Of a stretch of 64,000 nucleotides of DNA, positions 10,729 to 20,939 are shown piece after piece (the first letter of the stretch is position 1; every line of letters begins with the position of its first letter). The position numbers and the translations under genes were made by a program. The notes beneath the pieces were generated by a model that saw nothing but the letters and a program-made list of their open reading frames with translations, ran no database searches and was not told where the DNA came from. This stretch comes from Bacteroidota bacterium (GTDB taxonomy: Bacteria; Bacteroidota; Rhodothermia; Rhodothermales; Bin80), in NCBI GenBank assembly GCA_026709065.1, contig JAPOTS010000024.1, positions 6,959-70,958 on the forward strand, written 5' to 3'.

Positions 10729-11795
10729 TGTTGACGGATCAATCGCAATCGCTTCTGGTGAGATGAAATTGCATCAAGAATCAAAGTGTCCATCAACTCA
10801 GAAAACGAAACCCCCGAATGCTCCCACAGCAAAGGATACATACTTACTGGTGTAAAGCCAGGAATGGTATTGACTTCGTTAACCAACACCTGATGGTTCT
10901 GATCTAGAAAAAAATCTACTCGCGCCATTGCTCTACAACCCAATACATAACACACATCCTGTGCTAATTGTCTGATTTCACGTTCGATTTTATCGGGTAA
11001 CGACGCAGGAATAATCAAATCTGTGGAAGATTCATCCTGATACTTGGCTTCATAAGAGTAAAACGAATGAGAGGTGGTGATTTCACCGCACACGGATACA
11101 CGCATGGGATTTCGACCAAGAACAGCGCATTCAATTTCACGCCCTATAATGGCCTGTTCAATGAGTACTTTTTCATCATATAAAAAAGCCATATCTAATG
11201 CAGTTTGATAATCCATAAGAGAGCTTACTCTGGAAATTCCTACGGATGAACCAGCATTTGCAGGCTTCACAAATAGTGTTTCCCCAAGTTCATGGGCGAC
11301 ATAGTCATAACTGGGAAAATTACGCCCTCCATTATAGAGGACTTTGAACTTAGGGACTTGAATGCCCGCCTCTTTTAATAAGCGTTTTGAAATGTCCTTG
11401 TCCATGCATACGGCTGAACTAAGCATATCAGCTCCTACACAAGGGATTCCATAGAGTTGGAGTAACCCCTGAATCGTCCCATCCTCCCCGTTCACTCCAT
11501 GCAACACAGGAAAGACAATATCGACTTTGACTGGATTCTGCGATCTATCCTCTCTTGTTAATAATCCATCTGGTGACATCGTAACTGGCTCCCTAGAACT
11601 CATTTCATCAATTTTTGCTGACGTGAGGTCTTGACCGGATGCCACTTGATACCATCTACCTGATTGATCAATGTGAATCAACGTCACTTGATAGCGCTTA
11701 TGATCAAGAGCATTTAAAATATTCTGAGCTGATACAAGCGATACTTGATGCTCAGTTGATTGACCACCGTAAATCAGTGCCACATGTAGCATCAA
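10725..11795 (-). CDS. ddl: D-alanine--D-alanine ligase
   Basis: IYGGQSTEHQVSL, FPVLHGVNGEDGTIQGLL, ATP-grasp FVKPANAGSSVGI, EVNTIPGFT. Confidence 0.93.
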   Translation of the reverse strand: MMLHVALIYGGQSTEHQVSLVSAQNILNALDHKRYQVTLIHIDQSGRWYQVASGQDLTSAKIDEMSSREPVTMSPDGLLTREDRSQNPVKVDIVFPVLHGVNGEDGTIQGLLQLYGIPCVGADMLSSAVCMDKDISKRLLKEAGIQVPKFKVLYNGGRNFPSYDYVAHELGETLFVKPANAGSSVGISRVSSLMDYQTALDMAFLYDEKVLIEQAIIGREIECAVLGRNPMRVSVCGEITTSHSFYSYEAKYQDESSTDLIIPASLPDKIEREIRQLAQDVCYVLGCRAMARVDFFLDQNHQVLVNEVNTIPGFTPVSMYPLLWEHSGVSFSELMDTLILDAISSHQKRLRLIRQH

Positions 11796-11810
11796 TGATC
11801 AGATTGAGTT

Positions 11811-13097
11811 TTAAGGATGATGTTCAACCAATTGCCCTTTATTATAGATTGCCCATGCACGTCCGATCATTGTCGAGCCAATAAATGGGGTATTTCGACT
11901 TTTCGAATGAATATGTCTAGCTTCAAATATCCATTCGGTTGTGGCATCAAAAATGGTCAAATTCGCAGGTGCTCCGACTTCAATTAACGGGATCTCAAGT
12001 CCTAAGATTCTTCGTGGGTTAACGCATAGTCGATCCACCGCCTCGGTAACACTTAACCGCTTGGTCGCAATCAAGTGCTTACAGGTAAGACCCCATGCCG
12101 TTTCTAAACCAATGATGCCAAATGGCGCGGAGACAAAGTCCGTCTCCTTTTCAAAAGGTGCATGGGGTGCATGGTCGGTGCAGATGGCATCTAGGGTTCC
12201 ATCACTCAATCCATCACGGATAGCTTCAACATCTTCTGCGGTTCTCAATGGTGGATGCATTTTAGTCTGCGAGTCAAACCCAGATTCCTGAACGATTTCG
12301 TCGGTCAAAGAAAAATGATGCGTACACGCTTCGGCAGTGACATGAATACCGTTTGCCTTTGCTTGACGAATCATTGCGGTTGAACGCGCGGTTGAGACAT
12401 GTGCGACATGCAAGTGTCCGCGGGTTAACTCGGCCAATAATAAATCTCGTCCAAGCATTGATTCTTCAGAAAATGTTGGAGTTGGAGTCAAACCAAGATG
12501 GGTAGATATGAGCCCCTCATTCATTTGTCCTTTGGGGCCAAGAGTTAAATCTTCCATATGATTGATGATGGGTTTACTCAGAGCACTTGAATATTCTAAT
12601 GCCCTGCGCATTAAGCTCCCATTTTGAACGGGCGATCCGTCATCACTAAAGGCGACAGCACCCGTGGCAGCCAGCTCAGCCATCTCAGTTAAACTCTCTC
12701 CCTCACGCCGTATTGATACGCAGGCAATGGGATGGACATCAACAGGTAAATTCTGTGACCGTTGTATCAAGGAATGAACCGACTCCCTATGATCTATAGG
12801 AGGAGTCGTATTTGGCATGCATGCAACCGCTGTAAAGCCTCCAAATGCCGCTGCTCTACAACCAGTTTCAATAGTCTCTTTATGCTCCTGTCCAGGATCC
12901 CTAAAATGAACATGCATGTCCATCCAACCCGGAGAAATCAAACGTCCTTGTGCCTCAAAGATAGATTCATCATTGACATCAATATCTGCGCCTATTTCAG
13001 CAATGATTCCGTCACAAATACGAATATTCGCCGATTGGATCTCCCCCTCAATAGGATTCAAGATTGCTCCATTTCTAATAAAGAGATTCGGTGTCAT
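11811..13097 (-). CDS. pyrC: Dihydroorotase
   Basis: ORF 11811..13151 trimmed to the ATG at 13097 (MTPNLFIRNG). Metal-binding DMHVHFRDPG and CTDHAPH motifs of cyclic amidohydrolases. Confidence 0.9.
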   Translation of the reverse strand: MTPNLFIRNGAILNPIEGEIQSANIRICDGIIAEIGADIDVNDESIFEAQGRLISPGWMDMHVHFRDPGQEHKETIETGCRAAAFGGFTAVACMPNTTPPIDHRESVHSLIQRSQNLPVDVHPIACVSIRREGESLTEMAELAATGAVAFSDDGSPVQNGSLMRRALEYSSALSKPIINHMEDLTLGPKGQMNEGLISTHLGLTPTPTFSEESMLGRDLLLAELTRGHLHVAHVSTARSTAMIRQAKANGIHVTAEACTHHFSLTDEIVQESGFDSQTKMHPPLRTAEDVEAIRDGLSDGTLDAICTDHAPHAPFEKETDFVSAPFGIIGLETAWGLTCKHLIATKRLSVTEAVDRLCVNPRRILGLEIPLIEVGAPANLTIFDATTEWIFEARHIHSKSRNTPFIGSTMIGRAWAIYNKGQLVEHHP

Positions 13098-13614
13098 CCA
13101 ATTGACTCGCTCGCCTCTTGAAATATGAATGCGTAGATGTAATCTGACCAAAACCTTAAACTATGCCCTATTTCCCTCGCTCTACAAGCCAATGCGCTAG
13201 TATTTCTGTGAATCGGGGTGCACTGAAATATGCCGACTAACACACAAGAAATCACCCTATGCTTCAATCTCCCTAACAATTTGCGATATGTAACTAATTG
13301 ATGGGAGGACGTTTTGCAATGTCCCCAGCACATCCGAAGGAAAATCCTAAAAAATTTTATAATGGGGTAGCCTGCTACACGTGGATTATAATGTCTTTTG
13401 AGTATAGACTGAAACAAGTCTTTCATATTGATCTACCAGTTTGGGGCGCAATCCAAGCCTATGTATATGAAATATAAACTATTTGATTTAATTCAATTAT
13501 ACTCATAAAGAAACTATTTGCATCAAAATGGGTAATCAGCCTCGGTTGGGAGTTAAAAACTCAATCGGTAGCAACCTGTCCCTGATTTACTCATTGATTG
13601 GCACGCTGAAATAG

Positions 13615-14331
13615 ATGGAAAAAAAAGCAAAAGAAATACACGAGATTCAGATCTTGATTGCTGAAGATGAGGAGGATATTGCCGAAATAACACGTCATTT
13701 TCTTGAAGATGCAGGATACTCAGTTGATGTTGCATACAACGGGCGGGAGGCTTTAGAAAAAATTGACTCCAGTACAGACCTTGTTCTTCTTGATGTGATG
13801 CTTCCAGAGATAGATGGTTATGAAGTCTGTAGGCAACTTAGATCTAAGTCTGAAACAGAAGAAATTCCCGTCATCTTTCTTACTGCTAAATCCGAAGATG
13901 ACGATCAGATACAAGGACTCAACTTAGGTGGAGATGACTATATCGTTAAGCCATCTACAATGGAGGTCATCCTCGCACGAGTACAATCGGCTCTTCGTCG
14001 CGCACATGTGAGTGAAGTCAAAACGATTGAACTCCTCGGATTAACCCTTTACCCCAAGCAATATAAAGCCTTAATTAATGGTGAAAATCTTCACCTCACA
14101 TTTACCGAGTTTCAACTGATTAACTGTCTCGTTAGACATCCTAGTCAAATCTTTACTCGCGACGAGTTATTAGAAATGGTCTGGCACGACGATGCCTTAA
14201 CTGTCACTAATCGCACAATTGATGTACACATGAAAAATTTACGAGATAAACTCGGTGACTTTTCTGGCTATATTGAAACAATCTGGGGAATTGGGTATCG
14301 ATTTAATGGTCAAGAATCTTTAAGTGGATAA
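13615..14331 (+). CDS. OmpR-family response regulator
   Basis: Receiver domain (ILIAEDEEDI, LLDVMLPEIDG, LTAK) plus a winged-helix Trans_reg_C tail (IWGIGYRF). Confidence 0.9.
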   Translation: MEKKAKEIHEIQILIAEDEEDIAEITRHFLEDAGYSVDVAYNGREALEKIDSSTDLVLLDVMLPEIDGYEVCRQLRSKSETEEIPVIFLTAKSEDDDQIQGLNLGGDDYIVKPSTMEVILARVQSALRRAHVSEVKTIELLGLTLYPKQYKALINGENLHLTFTEFQLINCLVRHPSQIFTRDELLEMVWHDDALTVTNRTIDVHMKNLRDKLGDFSGYIETIWGIGYRFNGQESLSG

Positions 14332-14343
14332 TTACGGTGGTTG

Positions 14344-15825
14344 ATGAATAAAATGCCTGAATCGGAGAAGCCAAAATTCCCTAAGCGGGCTCCTACCCGA
14401 TTCTGGATGTCCCTCAACTTTGCAATATTTGTGGGGCTTGGGACTAGTGGAGTTATCCTTTATACCGTCATTGGCTTGTCTAATGATATTTTTGATTCTG
14501 CCCGCGAATCTCATATCGTGGATACAGAACATATCGCTTCTCTGATTCATTCTACCGACCTGATTACTACCGATCCGAGTGCATGGGATGAAATTCTTAC
14601 TCCAGAAATTGGAACGCTTCTTGATTTTCAAGATCTGTTTATCTGCATTGCCCGTGGTGACTCAATCGTTTGGAGAAACGATCCATTGGAGGACATTGCC
14701 CATCATCAGATCATGCTTCATTATACCACGGAGGAAAACCCATATTTTGACATTCTTCCTGGCGAAGACGAGAATTTAATTCAGCTCGGTGCAGTCCGTG
14801 ACGGAGATATCGTGATTGGAATGGTGCGACCAGTCAGTCCCTTGTATCTGCTGATCTCACGCATTCAAAAAAAAGTGATTTTAGGGTTTGGATTTACATT
14901 ATTTATGGCTATGGTTGGGGCATGGGTTGCATCAGTCAAAGTCACAAGACCGCTTAGGAACATCAAGCGGGCTACAAACCGCATCGTTGCGGGAGAATAT
15001 GATACTCCGATCACAGTGACTTCTCGAGCAGCGGAGTTTCAGGATCTTGAGTCCAATGTGAGTTACATGTCAAAAAAATACATGGAAAAAATCCAAGAGC
15101 TTGAGAATGTTACGAAGATGCAACGAGATTTTATTTCTAACATTTCTCATGAGGTTCGGAATCCAATTTTTGCCATAAGTGGCTTTCTTGAAGCATTGGG
15201 TTCATCAAAGCTCTCAATGAAACAGCGTCAACAATATTCAGAAAAAGGGTTACTCAATCTAAGGAGGCTCAATAATCTATTTAGTTCCCTCATTGAAATA
15301 GCCCGCATGGAGAATCGTGATCATGCCTTGCGGTTTTCTCCGACTAATCTTGCTGTCATTGCCAATGATACCAAAGAACTGTTCTTTCAACTAGCGCAAG
15401 ATAAAGGACTCAGATTAGAGTTTGATGTGAATGATGCATGGGTATGTATAAATCATATCCAGATTGAGCGGGTCTTCGTGAATCTAATAGAAAATGCAAT
15501 CCAATATAGCACCTCTGGAACCATCACTTGCAGGTTTCACAAGTTTTCGAATAAATATCGAGTTGAGATAATAGATCAAGGCAGGGGGATTCCAGCTGAC
15601 CAACTTTCTCTTATTTTTGAGCGGTTCCACCGAGTTGACAATGCTCGCTCCCGCCATGAAGGGGGTACAGGATTAGGACTTGCGATTGTCAAACAGATTC
15701 TTCAAGACCATGGAACATCAGTTCATGTTGAGAGCACTCTCGGTCAAGGATCTTGTTTCTGGTTTGAACTCCCTCAGGCTAAACTGGATTCTAAATCAAG
15801 TCCTAAACCTTCAGACATTGATTAA
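14344..15825 (+). CDS. Sensor histidine kinase (two TM segments, periplasmic loop, HAMP, HisKA, HATPase_c)
   Basis: The ATG at 14344 lies 13 nt after the regulator's stop. H-box SHEVRNP, N-box LIENAIQYS, DQGRGI, GGTGLGLAIV. Confidence 0.88.
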   Translation: MNKMPESEKPKFPKRAPTRFWMSLNFAIFVGLGTSGVILYTVIGLSNDIFDSARESHIVDTEHIASLIHSTDLITTDPSAWDEILTPEIGTLLDFQDLFICIARGDSIVWRNDPLEDIAHHQIMLHYTTEENPYFDILPGEDENLIQLGAVRDGDIVIGMVRPVSPLYLLISRIQKKVILGFGFTLFMAMVGAWVASVKVTRPLRNIKRATNRIVAGEYDTPITVTSRAAEFQDLESNVSYMSKKYMEKIQELENVTKMQRDFISNISHEVRNPIFAISGFLEALGSSKLSMKQRQQYSEKGLLNLRRLNNLFSSLIEIARMENRDHALRFSPTNLAVIANDTKELFFQLAQDKGLRLEFDVNDAWVCINHIQIERVFVNLIENAIQYSTSGTITCRFHKFSNKYRVEIIDQGRGIPADQLSLIFERFHRVDNARSRHEGGTGLGLAIVKQILQDHGTSVHVESTLGQGSCFWFELPQAKLDSKSSPKPSDID

Positions 15826-16010
15826 ACGCAGGTTGTCTTTGGATATGCTTGAATACTTGACTCAACCTTTGAGAGCACACTGTGATCATTTACTATTGTT
15901 GTAAAGATAATATCAATGTGCGTGTAATGGGCAATGACTGTTTTGGCCCTCACTTTTTTGCTGTATTAATGTATCGTTAATCAAAAATTAGTTCGTCTAA
16001 CAACCGGTAT

Positions 16011-16033
16011 GATCATCATTGATGATTTTTTTC
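16011..16033 (+). terminator. Weak candidate intrinsic terminator (AT-rich hairpin plus T7 run)
   Basis: ATCATC-att-GATGAT followed by TTTTTTT. It lies 186 nt after the kinase stop. The stem is short and AT-rich, so support is weak. Confidence 0.25.
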
Positions 16034-16087
16034 GTAATTTTGAACTTATGGATAATAATCTCTCATCATCATTAATTAATTTTCCAC

Positions 16088-17065
16088 ATGAGTCAGTTAT
16101 CGCTTGCAGTTATTGCCAAAGGACTTGATCTTCTTCTAGACGAACAGATGACCGGCCAAGCCAGAATCGCTTCGCACTTGGTAGCCGCCGCTGAGGAACA
16201 TGGATTATCTCCATCCGAAATCGTCACTATTTTTGATACAGTGATTGAAAGTACTGTTTTGGATGAACTATGGGTCACCGATTCAGAAGGATCTGTTTAT
16301 CTGACTAATGTTCGGGGGGACGATGGGAATCCAATCAATTTTAAGTTTACCGAAGATGCAACCGCACAACCCCAGGCCTCAGCTTTCTACCCTCTACTTT
16401 CTGCAAGTATTGATAGTGATGAATGCATTACTCAAGCTGCTCAAACCCGCGAAATTGACTGGGATATATACAAATATGTCGGTGTGAGTGGAATTGATAA
16501 GCCCAGAATCGTTCAGGTTGGCAATGCCCTTGCCTTTGAGGAGCAAGGGTTGCTTAACAATAGCTATGCCTCCCCCGTCATGACTGCAGCCTTAGCCGCG
16601 TTTGGAGAAGCCGAGTTACTCTCATCACAATATACTTCTCGGGTTGCCGAAGTACGTTCAGTTTTTGATGCGGTTTTATCTAAACAAATGGTAGCCCAAT
16701 CTGGACTTATTGATGCCTTCTTAAGTGTGACTGAAACTGCAGGGTGGTCAGTTGCAAAAACCAATCAGCATCTGCGACGAATCGCACAAAGCACACCCAT
16801 TGCCGAAATTGAAATTGCCACTACTGGCGGACAGGTCGTTTTATCAAGTTCTACCCCCTATGGCAAACTGCGATATCCAGAATCCTTAGAAGCTATCAAT
16901 GTTGATGTCATGGATGTGGTAGACCATCCCACAGTTTCACATCCAAATCAACCATCAGAAAAAACTGTCACCGTTTATAGTCCAGGGCTAGCACGAATTG
17001 TCCAGATCACGACAAATCTAAACGATAATTCATTGGTTTCGCCTCGATTTAAAATTCCAGAATAA
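16088..17065 (+). CDS. Hypothetical cytoplasmic protein with an internal duplication resembling PDC/Cache-type sensor folds
   Basis: 325-aa ORF with no signal peptide or TM segment. The two halves align by eye (LLDEQMTGQARIASHLV...LDELWVTDSEGSVYLTN versus LSKQMVAQSGLIDAFLS...IAEIEIATTGGQVVLSS). The family assignment is an inference. Confidence 0.6.
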   Translation: MSQLSLAVIAKGLDLLLDEQMTGQARIASHLVAAAEEHGLSPSEIVTIFDTVIESTVLDELWVTDSEGSVYLTNVRGDDGNPINFKFTEDATAQPQASAFYPLLSASIDSDECITQAAQTREIDWDIYKYVGVSGIDKPRIVQVGNALAFEEQGLLNNSYASPVMTAALAAFGEAELLSSQYTSRVAEVRSVFDAVLSKQMVAQSGLIDAFLSVTETAGWSVAKTNQHLRRIAQSTPIAEIEIATTGGQVVLSSSTPYGKLRYPESLEAINVDVMDVVDHPTVSHPNQPSEKTVTVYSPGLARIVQITTNLNDNSLVSPRFKIPE

Positions 17066-17353
17066 TTGACTAAGGATCTGATTTCTGGCGAAGTTAGTAG
17101 GTCATTGAAAAGGAAAGATAGGATCCATTCATCACTGGAATAGGCGCGCGTGTGTTAGAGTGTGTGCGGAGCTTTGATTATGATGGAACTTGATGGATTG
17201 GATATAGTCTATGGTCGTTTAATTGATAGGTTCTTCCGCTTTTAATGGGACATCTTGTGAATTACGATGTAAATCAAATACTATTTGTTTCAGTTATCAC
17301 CCATGATTCGGTTTGATCTTGTCTCAATCAAACCTTGTAACTTGATCTTACAA

Positions 17354-17584
17354 ATGAGAATTGTGCATGCAACCCTAATAAGTGAAACCTTGTTGCGTTG
17401 TGACAGCGGTGTTCATGTAGAGAATCGTCATGATTCAATTTCCGCTTCTATTAATGCTGCACAGCAGTTCTACAACGACTATCACAAACACAATTCACCC
17501 TTAACTGAAGATAGTACAGAAGTACTCGTCTTGGCAGAGATGGTACGCCAGTATCCTCCCGATTGGACTAAACCCGTTGCATAG
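17354..17584 (+). CDS. Small hypothetical protein (76 aa from the ATG; the ORF track starts at TTG 17285)
   Basis: Open frame only; no recognisable motif. Preceded by two short hairpins. Confidence 0.3.
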   Translation: MRIVHATLISETLLRCDSGVHVENRHDSISASINAAQQFYNDYHKHNSPLTEDSTEVLVLAEMVRQYPPDWTKPVA

Positions 17585-17750
17585 TCTGATGGACAAGGGG
17601 GAATGTATGTTGCAACAATCATTGGTAGTGATAAACCTTCAAATCCTGATTGTCATCTTCAATGAATAAATTAATCACAAAATGAATAATTAGATCATAG
17701 TTCTGTGTATCCTCTATTTTTGTTCGGTAGAGATAGTCCATGCCCAGAGG

Positions 17751-18488
17751 TTGGATCTCGCCACTCCTGATGAAATCATTCAGAAGCTCATCAGCTCAGA
17801 TTATAGAACTGCACTGGATGGTTTGAGCGACTACATTAGACTCTCTGAGGATCAGCGTACTCCAGCTATTAAATCTGCACTTGTACAGGCTCTCAGAAAC
17901 GAAAACGAGCGAGTCAGATCCATAATCTCACAAAGAGGGGAAGATTTGCCAGTATATCAAAGTGAGGGGGGTGCCGAAGGCTCTCTTTTGTTAATGGAAG
18001 AGGTTTATGAACTACGAGATCCTAGTACAATTCCAGTATTGTTGCCCTGGTGTCAAACCGGAGATAGAATGGTAGATTTTGGGCGGGTGGCATTAGAACC
18101 ACTTCTTAAATATCTTGAAGAACCACCGATCGGAACAACCCGACATCAGATAGGAAGTTGTATGTATACTCTCCGAATGATGGTGGATTACTGGGGGGTA
18201 ACCACACTGACATCTTCCCAGCATCAACGGATGCGACTGATAGCTGAAAAATATATCGAAAACTCGGTGTACTACACTATGAGTTTTGCCATCTCTTTAG
18301 CTGCTTCTCTTCAAGAAACATCTTTACTTCAAATGGTACAGACCCTTATCAATGATGATGCAGAGATGGCAAAACGGCAGGTATGGAATATTGATAGATT
18401 ACGCCAAATAACATCCCAAGCTCTGGCAGGAACACTGGTAGAAAGACAGTATATGCCGTATGATGAACGGCAAGAGCGAGGCTACTGA
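17751..18488 (+). CDS. Hypothetical all-helical protein, possibly HEAT/ARM-like
   Basis: 245-aa ORF with a TTG start. Helical repeat-like segments (ALVQALRNENERVRSII, ALEPLLKYLEEP). No catalytic motif seen. Confidence 0.55.
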   Translation: MDLATPDEIIQKLISSDYRTALDGLSDYIRLSEDQRTPAIKSALVQALRNENERVRSIISQRGEDLPVYQSEGGAEGSLLLMEEVYELRDPSTIPVLLPWCQTGDRMVDFGRVALEPLLKYLEEPPIGTTRHQIGSCMYTLRMMVDYWGVTTLTSSQHQRMRLIAEKYIENSVYYTMSFAISLAASLQETSLLQMVQTLINDDAEMAKRQVWNIDRLRQITSQALAGTLVERQYMPYDERQERGY

Positions 18489-19219
18489 TTCTTATGTTAG
18501 ATTTTGATCTTTGATTCGGTCAAATCGCCCCATTAAGTTGGAGTAACTTCCCATTGATGGCCATGGTTGACATAAAGGGTGGTATCCGTCTCAGATCTTA
18601 TCAATGAAACTAAGGATTGGGATGTAGGCATTACCACAAGTTTGCAAGGTTAGAAGATTTTTGAAAGAAATTTCAAAATAATTTACGGATTTTCGAGGGG
18701 AAAATCAGTGGTTTTAGCCCCAAATCGGGCTATTTTGAGCGTTTTGAAAATCTTTTTATCAAAAAACCCTAATGTAGTGGCCTTTTTGTCAAATTTTTTG
18801 GACTCACGCGTATAACTCCTTTCAATTGACCATATTTTTCGTGTTTATTCAAGCCAAATCCCGAACCCTCAAACCAGGCAAACTATTACCTACCCTTGTT
18901 GACGGTTATTCAAAAGCAAGGCTAATGAAATTGGGCAAAAATGCAAAAAAAGTGAAAGCTTAACGCCTGCAAGAAGAATCACCAGAAATGGAGAAAAAGT
19001 CATATTAAATCGCTCCTTCGTTCAAAATTCCTCACATAAGAAAACAGCAAAACTACGGAAAAAGTCCACTACAATTTGCAAACTTGCGCATAGAAAAAAG
19101 TTTAGTTAAAGTTACAGCTATGATAAGCCCGGCTGCTGAACCTTTCATCCTATTATATCTTTTTCTTCCCCATCGTTTATACTCCTTTTCTGGCTTCTCC
19201 TACTTAAAAAGTGGAAGCC

Positions 19220-19711
19220 TCAATTGATAGAGCGTGCATTCAAAAAATGTTTATATTCTATCATGATACACAAATTCATGATCACCTCCATTCCAGAATC
19301 CGACCCAATCTGAGCTACCTCCTCACTGAAAATATTTAGTTGTAGCCAGATCGCTTTCGCACCAATTTTAACCGCCTGCTCTGCATGATGAGCGCATTCA
19401 TGGGATGGACGAAAAATATTGACAATATCCACTGACTCTTGAATGTCTTTAACCTGACTGTACACTTTCTCCCCCAATATTCGATCCGCCTTTGGATGAA
19501 CTGGAATCACTTTTATACCTTGATTCAAAAGAAACTCAGCAACCCTATGACTATCTTTGATCGGATTCGTTGACAGACCAACTATAGCGATTGTGCTTAA
19601 AGAAGTAAATAGTTTATTGATCAAATTACGATCTTGATATTGGGCAACTTGATCATCCGATAACCGAATCATCCCTGACAGATCGCAGGCAGGAGCATTA
19701 CTATTTTCCAT
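19220..19711 (-). CDS. CoA-binding domain protein (YccU/YneT-like)
   Basis: IAIVGLSTNPIKDSHRVAEFLLNQGIKVIPVHPK...VDIVNIFRP fits the CoA_binding_2 Rossmann pattern. Confidence 0.8.
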   Translation of the reverse strand: MENSNAPACDLSGMIRLSDDQVAQYQDRNLINKLFTSLSTIAIVGLSTNPIKDSHRVAEFLLNQGIKVIPVHPKADRILGEKVYSQVKDIQESVDIVNIFRPSHECAHHAEQAVKIGAKAIWLQLNIFSEEVAQIGSDSGMEVIMNLCIMIEYKHFLNARSIN

Positions 19712-20019
19712 AAATCAATTGAATAAATATGATGATAAACTTGAGCATTTACTGAACATGACTGGCCGTCCAAAATTGTATCCACTCCAATTCTACATCA
19801 TGTTTTGCGGAGGGTTCAGAAAATGAATTCCATCATACTGGACTCATTTCGTTATTGGTGATATGCTAATGTTATTCAATTAATCAGCTAATGATCACTA
19901 AATTTCTTGAAATGTATTAGTTTATTATTACTCAAATGCAATCTCTATTGATGGAAATCATATAATCTACCCTTTTGACGCTATACATGCTATTAACTGA
20001 TAATTATCTCTAATTGACA

Positions 20020-20889
20020 ATGAACTTGAACTCACCTAATAATTTTAATGAGGACGAAAAGATTGTAAAGATTTTACGTCCAAACGGAAAACTATCACGC
20101 AAATACTATGAATCTGAGTTAGTGTTACTTCAGGTTCAGCTCGCTCGACTCCAGCGTTATATCCGAGTGAAAAAGAAACGTATTGTCGTTTTATTTGAAG
20201 GGCGGGATGCTGCTGGCAAAGGTGGTGCAATAAAGCGTATTTTGGCCCCTCTCAACCCACGTATCTGCAGGGTTGTTGCTCTTGCAAAACCCACCGAACG
20301 TGAATCTAGTCAATGGTACTTCCAGAGATATGTGCAACACTTACCAGCAGGAGGTGAAATGGTTCTCTTTGACAGGAGTTGGTATAATCGTGCAGGTGTG
20401 GAACGTGTAATGGGATTTTGCACCGAAAAAGAGTACTGGGAATTTCTACGCCAGTGCCCTATGTTTGAACGCATGTTAATCCAAAGCGGAATTATTCTCA
20501 TAAAATACTGGTTTTCTGTCAGTGCAGAGGAACAGGAGCGACGATTCCGCCGAAGAATTCAAGATCCTACAAGGAGGTGGAAAATCAGCCCAATGGATCT
20601 GAAGTCCAGAGCTAAATGGGTTGAATACTCAAAGGCCAAGGACCAGATGTTTTTGAATACTGATCTTCCTGATTCACCTTGGTGGGTGATTGAGGCTAAT
20701 GATAAACGCCGTGCAAGACTAAACTGTATTCACCATTTACTCTCCCAAATCCCCTATGATACTATCAAACCTCAAGAAGTATCTCTTCCACCTCTACAGA
20801 AGGGGCATGAATATCAACGACCTGCAATGAACTCACAGAGATTTGTTCCTGATCAAATTGCGCAGCCAGATCAATCTTTTGAAAACTAG
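20020..20889 (+). CDS. ppk2: Polyphosphate kinase 2
   Basis: ATG at 20020. YESELVLLQVQLARLQ then the Walker-A-like FEGRDAAGKGGAIKRI and the FDRSWYNR lid motif typical of PPK2. Confidence 0.9.
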   Translation: MNLNSPNNFNEDEKIVKILRPNGKLSRKYYESELVLLQVQLARLQRYIRVKKKRIVVLFEGRDAAGKGGAIKRILAPLNPRICRVVALAKPTERESSQWYFQRYVQHLPAGGEMVLFDRSWYNRAGVERVMGFCTEKEYWEFLRQCPMFERMLIQSGIILIKYWFSVSAEEQERRFRRRIQDPTRRWKISPMDLKSRAKWVEYSKAKDQMFLNTDLPDSPWWVIEANDKRRARLNCIHHLLSQIPYDTIKPQEVSLPPLQKGHEYQRPAMNSQRFVPDQIAQPDQSFEN

Positions 20890-20939
20890 CACCTGCTATA
20901 TTGAATTTTTTGTCGTGTCGTTTCCTTATAGGCTCTTGC

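Noticed and set aside
13094-13614. A 110-aa ORF (13094..13426, -) and a CATCCGAAGGAAAATCC string that briefly resembled the SRP-RNA helix-8 motif.
   Set aside because: The ORF overlaps the pyrC start region and has no protein-like features. The SRP-like string lacks the paired AGCA/GGAA symmetric-loop context, and I could not fold a convincing 4.5S structure by hand.
18711-18760. The GTTTTAG...hairpin...TTTTGAAAATC stretch briefly recalled a type II CRISPR repeat or tracrRNA.
   Set aside because: There are no cas genes and no repeat-spacer array in the 64 kb, and the resemblance is limited to 7 nt.
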